From NCBI GenBank assembly GCA_963924565.1, contig OZ004613.1, positions 28,086,001 to 28,150,000 on the forward strand: a stretch of DNA of 64,000 nt, read 5' to 3'. A program made the translations under genes and the position numbers. The notes below the pieces were generated by a model, which was not told the DNA's origin, made no database searches, and was given only the letters and a program-made list of their open reading frames with translations. This document shows positions 33,901 to 45,815 of this stretch, one piece after another. The stretch is from Ascidiella aspersa (taxonomy: Eukaryota). Every line of letters begins with the position of its first letter. The first letter of the stretch is position 1.

Positions 33901-36900
33901 ATTACAAATGATACCTACTTCTGCATGGGCTTTGATATTCTTTTTACGTCTTACCACAACCTCAAACCATTATAATTTGGGGTTGTCACACATTTTCATA
34001 AAATAACAGAAATAAATTCAAACACTTTTCAACGAAAATTAATAGCTAATCAAAGATGGAATCAGTCGACGCTTTTAAAAAGTTGATTACTTATAGTTTT
34101 CTGCAAACTAGCAAACAATCCATTTTCATGGTTTTCATGGCGCATATTAATATCAAAGCCCTTAACAAAGGCCATATAGTTACATTTAAAAGCTCCACTT
34201 ACTCTGTGTCTACCAACTCTCTTTCCTCCAGCTGCTCCCGGAGTTGGCGAGAGCATCCAGGAGCATTTCGCTCCTCCGAGTGGGAATCGTTGGGATTCTG
34301 AAGATTCCAGAGGTTTAAAGATTGGGTTTGTGAACGAAAGGTAAAACATATTGAAAGCATTGGCTAGCAATGTGTATTTATAGAGCGTAGTAAACTTTTC
34401 AATGGTATATAGGTTTGTGTGATTTAGGTACAGAAATTAGCTAACTTTGTAAGCATTGGCTAGCAAAGTAATACAAATTAAGGTTTACTCTTAAATAATT
34501 TATTGTAGAGTTTTGAATTTACGCATATACATCATAAAAGACATACAAATTAGGCACTTTTTTGGTAGAGCACACCCTAAATATTTAGTCCCTAAAAATT
34601 TTTCAATAACAAAAGTGATCAGAACTCACTATCGCCGAACAATTTTGCGACTTTTTACGATACCAAAAATAAGAGTTGTCTGCATATAAATCATGGATTA
34701 AGTGTTGAAAATTTTAAATAAAACACCCATTTTTTTCAAAGTTTCCCAAGGTAAATTGTTTTTAAACTTCCTTGTTTTAAATAGAAAAAAAAAAACGCAA
34801 TCTACTCTTGTGACGTAACAAGAGGCAGTTGGTTCTCGTTCTTCAAACTTGGTAAACAATAGATGGTCGATGTACTCGGCAATTGTAGTTACCCATTAAA
34901 CAGAATGTAATTTTACTCTTGTAAAAGGCTGAGTATTTACTTTGTTTAAATTGAAAAGAAACATTAATTAAAAAAAAACAGTAATTAAAAAAAATATCTT
35001 TTTATGACGTAACATGAGGCTAGGTTTGACAAAAAACAAAACAATAGCTGCCTTTTACAGTGTTGTAATGACTTGAGTCATTGACTTGAAGTCACTGTTT
35101 GTAAATTGACTTTTGGGCAAAATGACTCGACTTGACTGAAGTCTTTTGGGCAAATGACTTGGGTTGAAACTTGAAATTGACTTGCTCTAATTATGACTTG
35201 ACTTGCGCAACGGATCACTTGGACTGGGACTTGACTTGTTATTCATTCAAAAAGAGTTGACTTGGAAGTTATTTTACCGATGACTTGACTGGGACTTGGG
35301 TCATTTCAAAATGGCTTGTTTACAACACTGGTCTTTTTGAAGGAATGTAATAAACGCGAACAAGTGAATGTGCTATTTCTCACCTGCTGCCATTGTTCTG
35401 CGTCTTCACACTCATCCATGCTTAGGTTCTCGATTGTGCTGGACTTACGCAGCGAGCTGCCGAATGAGTGTGAGGATAAGGCGTCGTCTTGAAATCTCCC
35501 AATGCAACCAGAATCACTGAAAGAAGCGAGAGGGTTAAACTTCTAGAGCATTTAGAAATATCGTTATTAATGTTGATTTGTATTTATACGACGGTTCGGG
35601 AAAATAGCTTTAAAGTTTAGACAAATGCCCAATTTCAGCATTTTTGTTGGTTTTTAAACTTGAAGAGAGTTAATTTTTTGTTATTTAGAAAAAAAGACAT
35701 ATATTAAATGGATTTAGATTACTTTGTTTCATTAATGGTTAATTCTATAAAATATATAATAGTTAACTTTAGATTTTTGTTAACAAAAAAGGCGACAAAC
35801 GTTTTGCAGCATTTAAAAAAAATTCGAGTCAAAAAGATTGCACACATTGTTATATCTTTATCTATATATATATATAATGTGTGAAAAAACACGACAAATA
35901 AAAACTCAATCAAGAAAACTCAACTTTTCTATAGATTCGGACTGTCGGCAGATGAAATAAAAACCTAAAAGCAACACAGGTGCCAAAAAAATGCATAATT
36001 CATACAAAATTGGCTGCTTTTTCCAAATAGTTGTACAACTTACTTTGACATGATTGGTTCGTCAAGTTCGTAAGCCGAGCTGTGGTGCGCCGGTACGCCA
36101 TCTAGCGTCCGTATTGAGCAGTTCACTTCGTCTTCTTCAGCAATGGCCGACAGGGTGGGAACAAATTGCACGAAGTCGGTACTGAAGGGAAAAATATGGG
36201 ATTATTAATATTAATGCACCATTAATTGTTTGAAACGTTGCTAAATCGTATGCTCGGTTAATAGTTTATAGTTACCAGGGGGCGGCTCTCAAATATTTGC
36301 TTCGGGCAGGGGTAACTAAACCAGGGGTATTTGCAAAATGCGAAAAAATATTCAGAGACTATCAGAAAAAAAAAAAATTTAACGCCTTCCCCTTGAACGT
36401 ATTTAGACTCATTTCAGTTTCACATTTGCGCTTAAAACAACAAGTTTCTTAATACTGATCCTGGTCCACGTTTTCTATCACAAAAAAAAAAAAAAAAAGG
36501 TCCCCCAAAACACCTTAAAAAAAAACACTGCCCCTGGGTATAACAAAATAAGCACGCCGCTAAAATAATAGTCAATTTGTTGTAAATCACAAGGACAGTC
36601 AAAAAATCAACAACGTGTAACCGTGGGCTATACTTTACATTCAGATGGTGGTTTGCGACGGTTAAAAACGTTGTATAATCCTGGTTTGAAATACAGTTTT
36701 TAAAACATAATAGAGTTGGACAAAACAGGTCACAATGGTTCTGTTCGTTTGACAAATGTCCACGCATAATGCGAAACGACACGTGTATCATTTCATTTTA
36801 GTGTGCGCTTTAATTACAATTGATGTTCGTTACGTGAATTTCACACGTCTGCTGTATTGTGCTGTTTCGCCATTATAATGCGACGAGGTAAAACAGGTAC

Positions 36901-39900
36901 GAATTCTTTATTTTCAGATAGAAAAAACTATTTGGACAAGTTGTGAAATGCGTATAACGGCATGTGACTTTTGAAACGTTTTGGAACATGGCGCAATATT
37001 AAAAAGTTTGCTGTAATCGAACATGGTGTTTTTATCGCACTTTAATACAGCGAAACACGTGTTAAAAGTACACTACATTTAAACGTTGTTTTTTGTGGTG
37101 AATTTTTTTACATTAGACATTCAAACGTTGTTTTTTTACATTAATTTTTTAACATTGTGGTAAATTTTTTTACATTTTTTTACACGAACATTTCTATTTT
37201 AGGCCGTTAAATCCGCCAAACTTTGTGGTTCGATTGGAGTCATTTTTTTTTAGTTCATCATGGTGGCCGATATTACTATACAAAATGCAGTTAATAGTAT
37301 TTGTCTTTATTAAATTCAAAGGGTTAAATCAATTGTGGATTTTTTAATATTTCCTAACTTCAATTTAGGCAGGTCAACTTTTGGGTTTATAAACGTTCAA
37401 ATCAGAGGGTTCTTAAACTGGGGTCTGATGGACTCCTTTTCAAGGGGGATTTTAAGGGGGTCAAAGTGTAATTGAAATTTTGGTGTAAAAATTAAAAAAT
37501 TGGAATGAATTTTTTAAAAGTAAATAATTATTTTAAAAGAAAAAAAAAGCTTTGACTAATCACACTTGTTTTGTGTTAGGTTCATTCATAAGTGCGGTGT
37601 GAAATCACCAACGCATCACATATTTCCGCTGTTTTTACCTGTAACTGCGCGTCGGTACCCTACACACGCAATACAAGTACGTCATTTTACCGCCAATTGT
37701 AAAAATGACGAAATCGCGCTGCACACAAAGTGTTAGGCTTGCTTGATGACTCCCGATTGTTCGGTTGACGACAAATTAGGTGCTAAAACACCCCAAAACG
37801 ACCAAATGCGGAAAAAAATTGATCTGAAGCGCTTGTAAATCAAATATGTTCATTCGTTGGAAATACATTCCCCAATCCGAATGTCGCAAAGTTTTTTAAA
37901 TAACGAGGTTAATGAGGCCAACTGATTCAGCTCTTATTTTTGTCAAAAAGTTAACATTTTGGCCGAATTATTTTATTAAAGTCAGCAACAGACGCGATTT
38001 TCAGAAAATTATTTTATTATTTCGCAGCTTTTTGTTTAGATTCAACTTGCCTTTTTTATTTTCAAAAAGCACAATCAGTAAATTAACAGGTTTTCGGTTA
38101 TATATTTCTATATTGATATGCTGATTACCTTAATGCTAGGTCTCGTAAAATGTAAATTGTTCTTTGTTTTTAGTTAATAAAGCACAAAAACATTGTTTAA
38201 TTAGAAAAAAGATGCTTTCTATAACGTTAATGTTAGGTCAAAAAGCAACATAATTTTTCAAATAGGCAGTAAAACCAATTAACAACAATTTTACTTTTTA
38301 GCAAGTTTTTGTTCTTCTTTTTTTTGTCTCACATCACCTATATTTACGTTGTAATGCTGAAAAATGCTTTTTTTTATATTTTGTTTTCTATTAAAAAGCT
38401 CAACCCATAAAAATCACAACCAATTATAAATTTTTACCAAGTCTACCCTCTAATCGCCCAAATGTTGAGACATAAGCAACTACTTTACAAGCTTTTTCCG
38501 AAATAAGCAAGAACTCACAGGAAATAAGAGACATTTTTGCCAAGTTTTGAATTTGTTTGTCAATTCCATTGCCCGGACAGTTAATTTCGGGCATGGATGT
38601 CACGAATTAACAAACAAGGAAAAAGGCGAAATTCGAGGAAAAATACAACTGAAAAACAAATAAAATGACCTCATAAAGAATAGTTATATCACAAAAAAAG
38701 CTACCCGGGTCATGCGCTTTCAAAAATCTAAACGCGTCATGTGATGAAGTATAGGTACAAGTTGGTACGTTTGTCGTACAGATACGTTTCGCGAATTTAC
38801 AAGCAATTTAACATAAAAACAAAGTGACAAAGCATTTTTCCTAGAGTTTAATGCGGTTCGAATCTTGATTGAACGCAAAGATTTCCTAAATGTCGACGTA
38901 TAGTGTGATGTGTGAGTTGGCAAATTCGTGATATCGGCACACAACAGGTTAAATTTAGTTTTCGCTTATGCCAATAGCAACGTTTTTCGAGCAATTAGAA
39001 AATCGGGACAGTTAAACAAATAACGTTTGATAAATTCCATCGCTTTTTGGGTTTACTAAGTTTGCTGTACGTTGTTTCTTGTGTAATAAGCAAAAGGTAA
39101 TAATACGAACGTACCTTGTCGTTAAAAATATACAAATAAAATAGAATTAGACGTAGTAGGTATATGGAAGCCCCAGTATAACATTTTGAAAGTACCAAAT
39201 AATTCTTTATGCTTTTTTAACATCAAAAGAGAGTTAGGGAGTAAAATTTTTGTTTTATTGTCGAAAATACCGGAAAAGAAAACTGAACTAAAAATGAATG
39301 TTGCTCTTTTTTTATTTTTTAAATACATTACGAGAATTCGATTAAACCCGTTATTTTGGAGTATTTTGCTCTCAACGTTACCCTATGGAGTTTCGAGCTG
39401 TTTAAAGCGCATGCGCACAATAAACAAACCAAAACCCCCAAAACCCAATTACGTCATGGTGACGTCACCAACCTGTCGTCGAAGAGCTCGTGATCCGTTT
39501 CTGACGTCATAGAGCGTAGATTGTTGTTGTGCTCGACGATGTCGCTCCAGCTGCAATCGGGCGGCGACGAAGGGGATTCACCTTTTTTGCAAGAAACATC
39601 ACACGTGAAAAGATTTGATTTTTATATACTCGCTGTAATCTGGTTTAATTCAGAGAAATAGGTAGCACTATGTAAAACAGATTGTATTGAAATCTTGACA
39701 AGCTTTCGCACAACCGTGCTTCATCAGGTCAAAGTAGAAATAAAAATACTTAAATTACAAGTAAAAGCACAAACGCGAGTAAAAGGCGAGAAGCATGGTG
39801 ACGTCTAACATATCCACAAAGGCACATGTTGGTTTAAATAAATGTCCCTCAATCTATGGGGCGCGACTCAAAATGGCCGTTTGATTTGGTTGGGTCACCG

Positions 39901-42293
39901 ACTGCAGTGGTTTTGCATTGTTAGATTTATTAGGACTGGTTCTAAACAAGATTACTTATCAAATTTTAAGAATGCTGTGGGTAAATTACAAATTCATAGC
40001 TTATATCAATAAAACTTCGATTTCGAAAATACGTTCAGAATCACGAAGCTCACCAAAAAACGTTTCTAAAATTTTACTTTTTGTTACGAACTTTCTAGAA
40101 TTTGACTCCTGAAGATATGATACAAATTGCTTGAGAATTATTATCAATCGTACATGTATTTGTGGCACGATATACGCCACACAATTGCTCCAATCAAGTC
40201 AATTCAATTCAATTGGCTACTCGACCACTATTAATAGGTTCAAACTGGAAGTTCAAATTCCCGAGTTTTGACATTGACGTAAACAAGAGAAGTCGGCAGG
40301 AAATATTACCTTTTGTCGATGAGATTGTTTGGCTCGATCGTCGCCCGTCATCGTCACTCGAATCTTGACCTTCATCAGATGATAACGATAACAAACGACC
40401 TTCACCACGCCTTCGGACACAAAATGGAGTTCAATTTAATTAAGGGAAATAAAGTAGAAAACAACTTTATATGTAGTTTTAAGTAAATAAACACAAAATG
40501 GTTTTCAATTTTATTGATTAGAAAATGAATTCGCAATTTACACTACTATAATTGCAATATAAATTAATGGTCTCCAATTTTAATAGGAAAATTAAAAAAT
40601 ATGTAAATCACTTATATAGTAAATAAATACAAAACGAACTTCAAATTTTAATAGTTACATTAGTTGCAGAACTTGCAGTACAACTTTAATTTAAAATTAC
40701 AAGTTAAAACTGTCTTTAAGGTAAAAACAAATATATCTCTAAAAATATAAATGTAGTATTTATAAGTAATTTGACCACAAAAAAATCGTAAGTTAGAAAA
40801 AACCTTTTTTAAAAAGCGGAAAAGTATCAGGTGCCACTTTATATATAAAGACAAATTGTGTTGAAACCTTGACAAGCTTTCGCACAACCGTGCTTCATCA
40901 GGTCAAAGCTTGTCGAGAATTGGATTTAATTTGTCTTTATATAGTGCCACCTGAATAACCTATTTAGGGCTATCTACAAAGACTGGTTGAACATTTAAGA
41001 AAACTCCTTGTTGCCAAACTCGGGTTCAAACCAGAACACAGATCACGTACGTGCGTTACGTGATGTACGTCACGTGCAAATCGGAAGCGATTTATGCGCG
41101 AATTTGGGCAAGGCCAAGTTTAAATAAGCTCGAAACAAAGGGAGGTTTATTTAAGGATTGTAATGAGCTCTTAAATAAGGCTCCAATCACGAGAATTTTG
41201 TGACCTGTTGACGTGTAATTTGAAAAAATAAACATGCTAATTAAAAGGTCTACAGTTGTGTGTGGTTATTGTCTAATTTAAAAACTATAATTCTGGCCTG
41301 TCTTCCACAATGAGTAGTATGACACCCATAAACGCCCGCTTTTGTTTTACACAGGTGTTCACAGGTGTGAAAAACTTGGGGTGCCACAAAACTTTCTTCT
41401 AAACATGACGTCATTAAATGCCCGCTGAAAAGATGAGCTTATATGTGGAGTAAGATGATGTATTAAACTTTTTGGTATTTGTTTTGGGGCAGGGGGGTGG
41501 GGGGGGTGTGGGGGGGGGTGTCCCTTAATGGCCTAATCTGTTTAGTTTTAACGAACAACAACAGTCTTTAGTATTTATTTTACGAAAATGTATCAGGGTG
41601 GTCCAAAGCCGGCCCGTAGGCCACATGCTCGTGGCCCGCGGAGCATTGTAGAATTATTTTGTCGTTCTGTGAAAGGTTTAATCTAACAAATAAAGTGACG
41701 AACGAACAGCTGGCACGTTCGAATTGCTTTTAGCTTTTTCGCGAAATTTTGTGACGTCATAAATAATATCACATTCTGCGAACAACTTACCACGTTTCCG
41801 AAGCTGCTGGATGCCTTGAGTCATTCCGCTCGAAAATATCCTCTTCATTATTTTCCTCTTCAGGAGCCTCACGGATCGTTTTCAGTGTCTCGACGTTGTT
41901 ATTGTTGCCGCTTCGGTTTGGGCCAGATGACGTCATAATACCTGGCTTTATTGCGTCATAGTCGGCATCGACGAAGGCGTGGCATCGGGGCGGGCTCAGG
42001 TAGCCAGAAACTGGTTTAAAATCGATTGTTTTTTGTGAGTCAGAGTACTGTTCTTTTAAAGGGCTGTTTTTACTGTCAGCGTCTGTTTCAATTGCTGGAT
42101 TTTCGTCTGAAAGTTCCATGTACTCGAAACTTCGTTTTCGCTCTTTTTCGTCGCTTTGAAGCCGCTGTTTTTGCTTTTCTTGAAAGGTTTCGGCCTTTTT
42201 TTGCGGCGACACAAACTCCACAAAAGCTTTCCAGTACATCTCCTCCATGCGTTTCACCGACGCGTCGTTCCGCTTTATCGATTCGGCCTCCAT
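30716..42293 (-). CDS. Uncharacterised 500-aa Ser/acidic/basic low-complexity protein, 9 coding exons
   Basis: Exons 42293-41791, 40410-40310, 39581-39473, 36181-36044, 35516-35384, 34297-34203, 33126-33018, 31281-31177, 30925-30716 total 1503 nt. All GT-AG, phases chain without a stop, aaaaATGG start, ends ...VVISELAII-TGA. No domain recognised. Confidence 0.8.
31177..31281 (-). CDS. Uncharacterised gene exon 8 (KISGSTSRFGSFRRKLSRRLSKREKKNK...)
   Basis: cacag acceptor, gtaaat donor, phase 0/0. Confidence 0.8.
31385..31730 (+). mobile_element. Three decayed tRNA-derived SINE-like units in tandem
   Basis: tcagttggtggagcgaccgtcccgg..gagttcgaacctcactacagg, followed by two degenerate repeats. 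Confidence 0.6.
33018..33126 (-). CDS. Uncharacterised gene exon 7 (SEDLEYCPVSYADSSLKRKRKRWPTFG...)
   Basis: tttcag acceptor, gtaagt donor. Confidence 0.8.
34203..34297 (-). CDS. Uncharacterised gene exon 6 (NPNDSHSEERN...LVDT)
   Basis: cttcag acceptor, gtaagt donor. Confidence 0.75.
35058..35330. mobile_element. MITE family A with internal (GACTT)n repeats; other copies at about 138-530, 11352-11670, 20956-21550, 22340-22460, 27078-27200, 44132-44376, 57929-58080
   Basis: Perfect TIR CAGTGTTGTAA...TTACAACACTG; degenerate 8-bp flanks gcctttta/gtcttttt. Confidence 0.78.
35384..35516 (-). CDS. Uncharacterised gene exon 5 (DSGCIGRFQDD...EQWQQ)
   Basis: ctttcag acceptor, gtgaga donor. Confidence 0.8.
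36044..36181 (-). CDS. Uncharacterised gene exon 4 (TDFVQFVPTLSAIAEEDE...)
   Basis: cccttcag acceptor, gtaagt donor. Confidence 0.82.
39473..39581 (-). CDS. Uncharacterised gene exon 3 (ESPSSPPDCSWSDIVEHNNNLRSMTSETDHELFDD)
   Basis: aag acceptor, gttggt donor, phase 1/2. Confidence 0.72.
39695..39732 (-). ncRNA. Minimal type I hammerhead ribozyme motif, intact core
   Basis: UUGAC-CUGAUGA-A-GCAC(GGUU)GUGC-GAAA-GC-UU-GUCAA: stem I 5 bp, stem II 4 bp, palindromic AGCU stem III. Confidence 0.8.
40310..40410 (-). CDS. Uncharacterised gene exon 2 (RGEGRLLSLSSDEGQDSSDDDGRRSSQTISSTK)
   Basis: aag acceptor, gtaat donor, phase 2/1. Confidence 0.72.
40869..40906 (-). ncRNA. Minimal type I hammerhead ribozyme motif, identical to 39695-39732
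   Basis: Same 38-nt sequence, embedded in a local inverted duplication (about 40825-40955). Confidence 0.8.
41791..42293 (-). CDS. Uncharacterised gene exon 1 (MEAESIK...AASET)
   Basis: 168-aa ORF, donor TG|gtaag. Confidence 0.82.
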
Positions 42294-44131
42294 TTTTGAT
42301 CAACGGGTTAAGCGACCAAAGAATGTCTCAATGCAGATCAAATTAAACAAATTTTTCGATTAAAAACGTTGAAAATTTTAGCAGATCAATCCAATCATAG
42401 CACTGTAAAGATAGAAATCGCGGTAATAACAGTGCATTAGGTTACGGTTGGTTTTCTGGGTAATATTTTGATCAACTAGTATACTGAAGAAAGAATATCT
42501 CAATGAAGATCAAATTAAACAACTTTTTTAATAAAAAAAACTTTTAAAACTTTAGCAGAATAATCCAATCATACCACTGTAAAGACAAAAAGCGCGTCAA
42601 ATCCAGTGCATACTTAAAATTATGGTTGGTTTTCTGGGTAATTAAAGTTTAATCGTTTTTCTGCCACGTCATATAATTTTTTTTCTTGAGGGTTGAAATG
42701 TTAAGTCAATTACCGAGTAATTTATTTGTAAAAGTTAATGCGTTGACGCAGTTAAACCTTCTTGTGCAATAAATCACCACACAGACTATAAATAAACACC
42801 GCAGGCTTTATAGGTAGTTAATTGTGTTCGCAAATTTATCGTTAACTCTTCGCCCTTATTGTGTGTAAATGCATGGCGTTGTAACACACTATAACGGAAC
42901 ACAAGCTTAACAGAATAATATGACTTCGTTTTAAAATAGCTGACCCTTTGTATGACCAAAACAATACATAATGACGGTTAGTAAATGCCCTGCCTATTAA
43001 TATTGTGGTAGATTATAATAAAACATACACACTTGTCATTTTATATAGGCTAGCCATAATAATAGTACCCGTCTTGTTTTTACTATACAATTTGTGCAAA
43101 ATAACATATACATATCTTATCTTAGAAGTAGTGCTTAAACCTCGAAACTGTGTTAATTAATTCTTTGTTTTTTGTAATTTGTAACTCGTCAACTTACAAA
43201 ATTAAAGCAAAGCCAAAACTAACTTTTGTCCATTTTTACAAATCGACAGCCATTAAGATAATAAACCAACCACGCGGAATATCCCCAGCAGAGTGCCAAC
43301 TGCTCTTTCGACGGCACTGCTTTAACTTAAAAAAATTCCAGGCTTTTTTCTCATGAAAATTTCAATTACAGCTTTCGTAATGAACAGTGATTTGCATAAG
43401 AGAGGCCAAACTGCTGAACTGGCCTGACTGTGACATCATAGAAACAGTCAAAAGCTCTCTTTACCAGCAGTAAACATATCATTTCCCGCTAATGTCCTGT
43501 ACTTTGCAATGCTTTCTAACACGTAATGTAGTAATGTGCAGTTCAAAACACTTGATACGCAGGCTTTTTTAAATACTTTCCTACCTTTAACATCGCCCAG
43601 TGTGGTTCTTTTTGGGTTCTTTTATTTTTAACACAGAGCCCCAAAAAATTTGGTTTGCGTAGACCAGTGTCGAAACGAAATTGATGACATCATAAAACAA
43701 CTAGTACTGTAATAACCTGCTGAAGGTCGGAACAAAATGCGCAAATAGGAAACTGATTAATACAGGGATTCACAAACTGGGGTTTTATGTTCTTTTTAGG
43801 GTCCGCCAAAAGGGCTACATCATTTTTACACAAAACGTTATCTATTCATGTATAATCGTATTTTTTTCTTGTTCTTAATATGCAAATGGCAAAACTGATG
43901 CGATGCAAAACAAAACCTTTAAAGTTTAAAGCTAACATTACATGTATTTTACCCAAAACATGCCAAAGAAGACAACGACGAAAAGCCTTGCTATTAAGTG
44001 ACGATCAAAACAGCCAAACTTAGCCGTTTACTGCCCACGAGTTGGAACGTGCACCGGAAAACAAAACAACTGAACTGTTAGCAACGTTGGTGTACGTGGG
44101 AAAGGAAATGCTATAGGTTTACTCAATGCAC

Positions 44132-44376
44132 CAGTGTTGTAAACAAGTTATTTGAAATTACTTGAGTCCCAGTGAAGTCATTTTGTAAAATAAAACAAGT
44201 CCTAAGTAATTTTTAACAAAAAAACAACCACGTCTAGTCGCAGTCGTAAGCTGCCATAGTCATAATTCGACAAAAAACAAGAAAAACGCAACCAAATACT
44301 TGGAAACACTTTATATCAATCCAATTCATTTTATCCAAAACACTCACGTAAAGTTACTTAAGACATAACAACACTG
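44132..44376. mobile_element. MITE family A copy, reverse orientation
   Basis: CAGTGTTGT...ACAACACTG termini, aagtca repeats. Confidence 0.65.
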
Positions 44377-45529
44377 CAATTAAGTTACTTGTAACATTTG
44401 TGTGATAATTCAGGATAAAACTATTGGCTCATTAGCTTCGCAAATCCCGCTCGAAATAAATAGTGTTCAACAATCTCAACATTTTAACATTTATATTCAG
44501 ATGCAAAAGACTTGGTGGTTTACAGCCCTGTACATCCACAAGCAAATAGATGCAAACGAAAAAACATTCTCACAGTAGAACACCGACTACACAGCGTTCA
44601 TCACTTTGAGTCATACATGTTTAAATGTAAACAAACTGAGCGCAATGCTGTCGCGAAATTCATCCGGTCGCTTGGCCTAATGCCAGGTGTAGCCTGGTTT
44701 ATTAACTCAAAGCTTACTGTGGCCTATTTTCTTCAGCTATGCCAATTTGAATATACAAGAGGCAAATATGATCAGCATATAGGTCCAAATATAACTGACA
44801 CTGTAGTTTAAAACAACGGAAATGCTTTATACAGCACTTTAGTTTTTACTGCGTAACAGCACGTGGAAAAAATACCCTTTATTTCTACTAGTCTCGAAAT
44901 TAAAAAGGTTTACAAAATTTCACTGCTTATAAACTAAAAAACTGAAACATTTACCAATCGTTTCTCATTTTAATGTTTAACTTATACAACATTTAATTCA
45001 CCCTCCAGTTAAAAATCTTAACTACTATTTGCTGCCGAGGTTTTCTACGAAAGTCGTAACAAAGTTAGTTTCTTGTAGGCCTACAAGATAACAAGCCTTA
45101 AAACTTCTAACTTCGTGTAAAAAGGGTCGGTCCCTTGCAGAAAAAAAGCTCATTGTAAACGGCATTTATATTTGACATAGCAGCTGTGGAACCATGCCTA
45201 TACTGTGCAAAGAAATAGAACAACGGTCACTCATAGGCTGCATCCTATAGCATAGAGCTTATTATATACATCCTTCCTTTTAGCTTCGCAACTGTAACTA
45301 ATACCACAGGAAAAAGCGATGCCCCGATTTATATTTAGGATAAAGTGCTGTCAATAGCACAAAACACAGTTAATCACTGTTATACCGTCAAGTAATCACT
45401 GTTGTAGCGTTTGAAAAGACCGTTTGTTCAGTAACGTAGTTCGACCCTAGGTGCTATATCCGCCGTTTGCCCTTTTAAACTGATCGCTACCGTTTGCTGT
45501 TTTCTATTTAAGCTATCACTTTATTAAAT

Positions 45530-45815
45530 CAGCGTTTCTTCACCTTTTTTCGCCTAGACCCAAATGCTAAGCGTTAGTATGACAGAGAATTTTTGACGAC
45601 CCAGTTATTATCTTCACTGGAAATTTTATAGGCGAACACAGCAGGAGAAATTGGCGATTATAAGTTTAAATTTAATTAAAATGATCCATGACTTCGTATT
45701 ACTTCTGTACTTTGCGCAAAATTTTGCTTATAACCAATCTTAAAAAATCGAACCATTTAATAGTATTGCAATGTGCGATCAATTTAGGGCACGACCCATG
45801 GGTTGAAAAATAATG
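45530..45815. mobile_element. Decayed hAT MITE
   Basis: cagcgtttcttcacc ... ggttgaaaaataatg; internal similarity to the 53079 copy. Confidence 0.55.

Noticed and set aside
35499-35516. beta-TrCP degron DSGCIG in the unrecognised protein
   Set aside because: Lacks the second phospho-acceptor of DSGxxS/T.
40350-40380. CTGATGA on the minus strand inside exon 2 as another hammerhead
   Set aside because: No stem II or GAAA follows; it is coding sequence (SDE). Isolated CTGATGA at about 14953, 47443, 58895 and 59769 also lack the fold.
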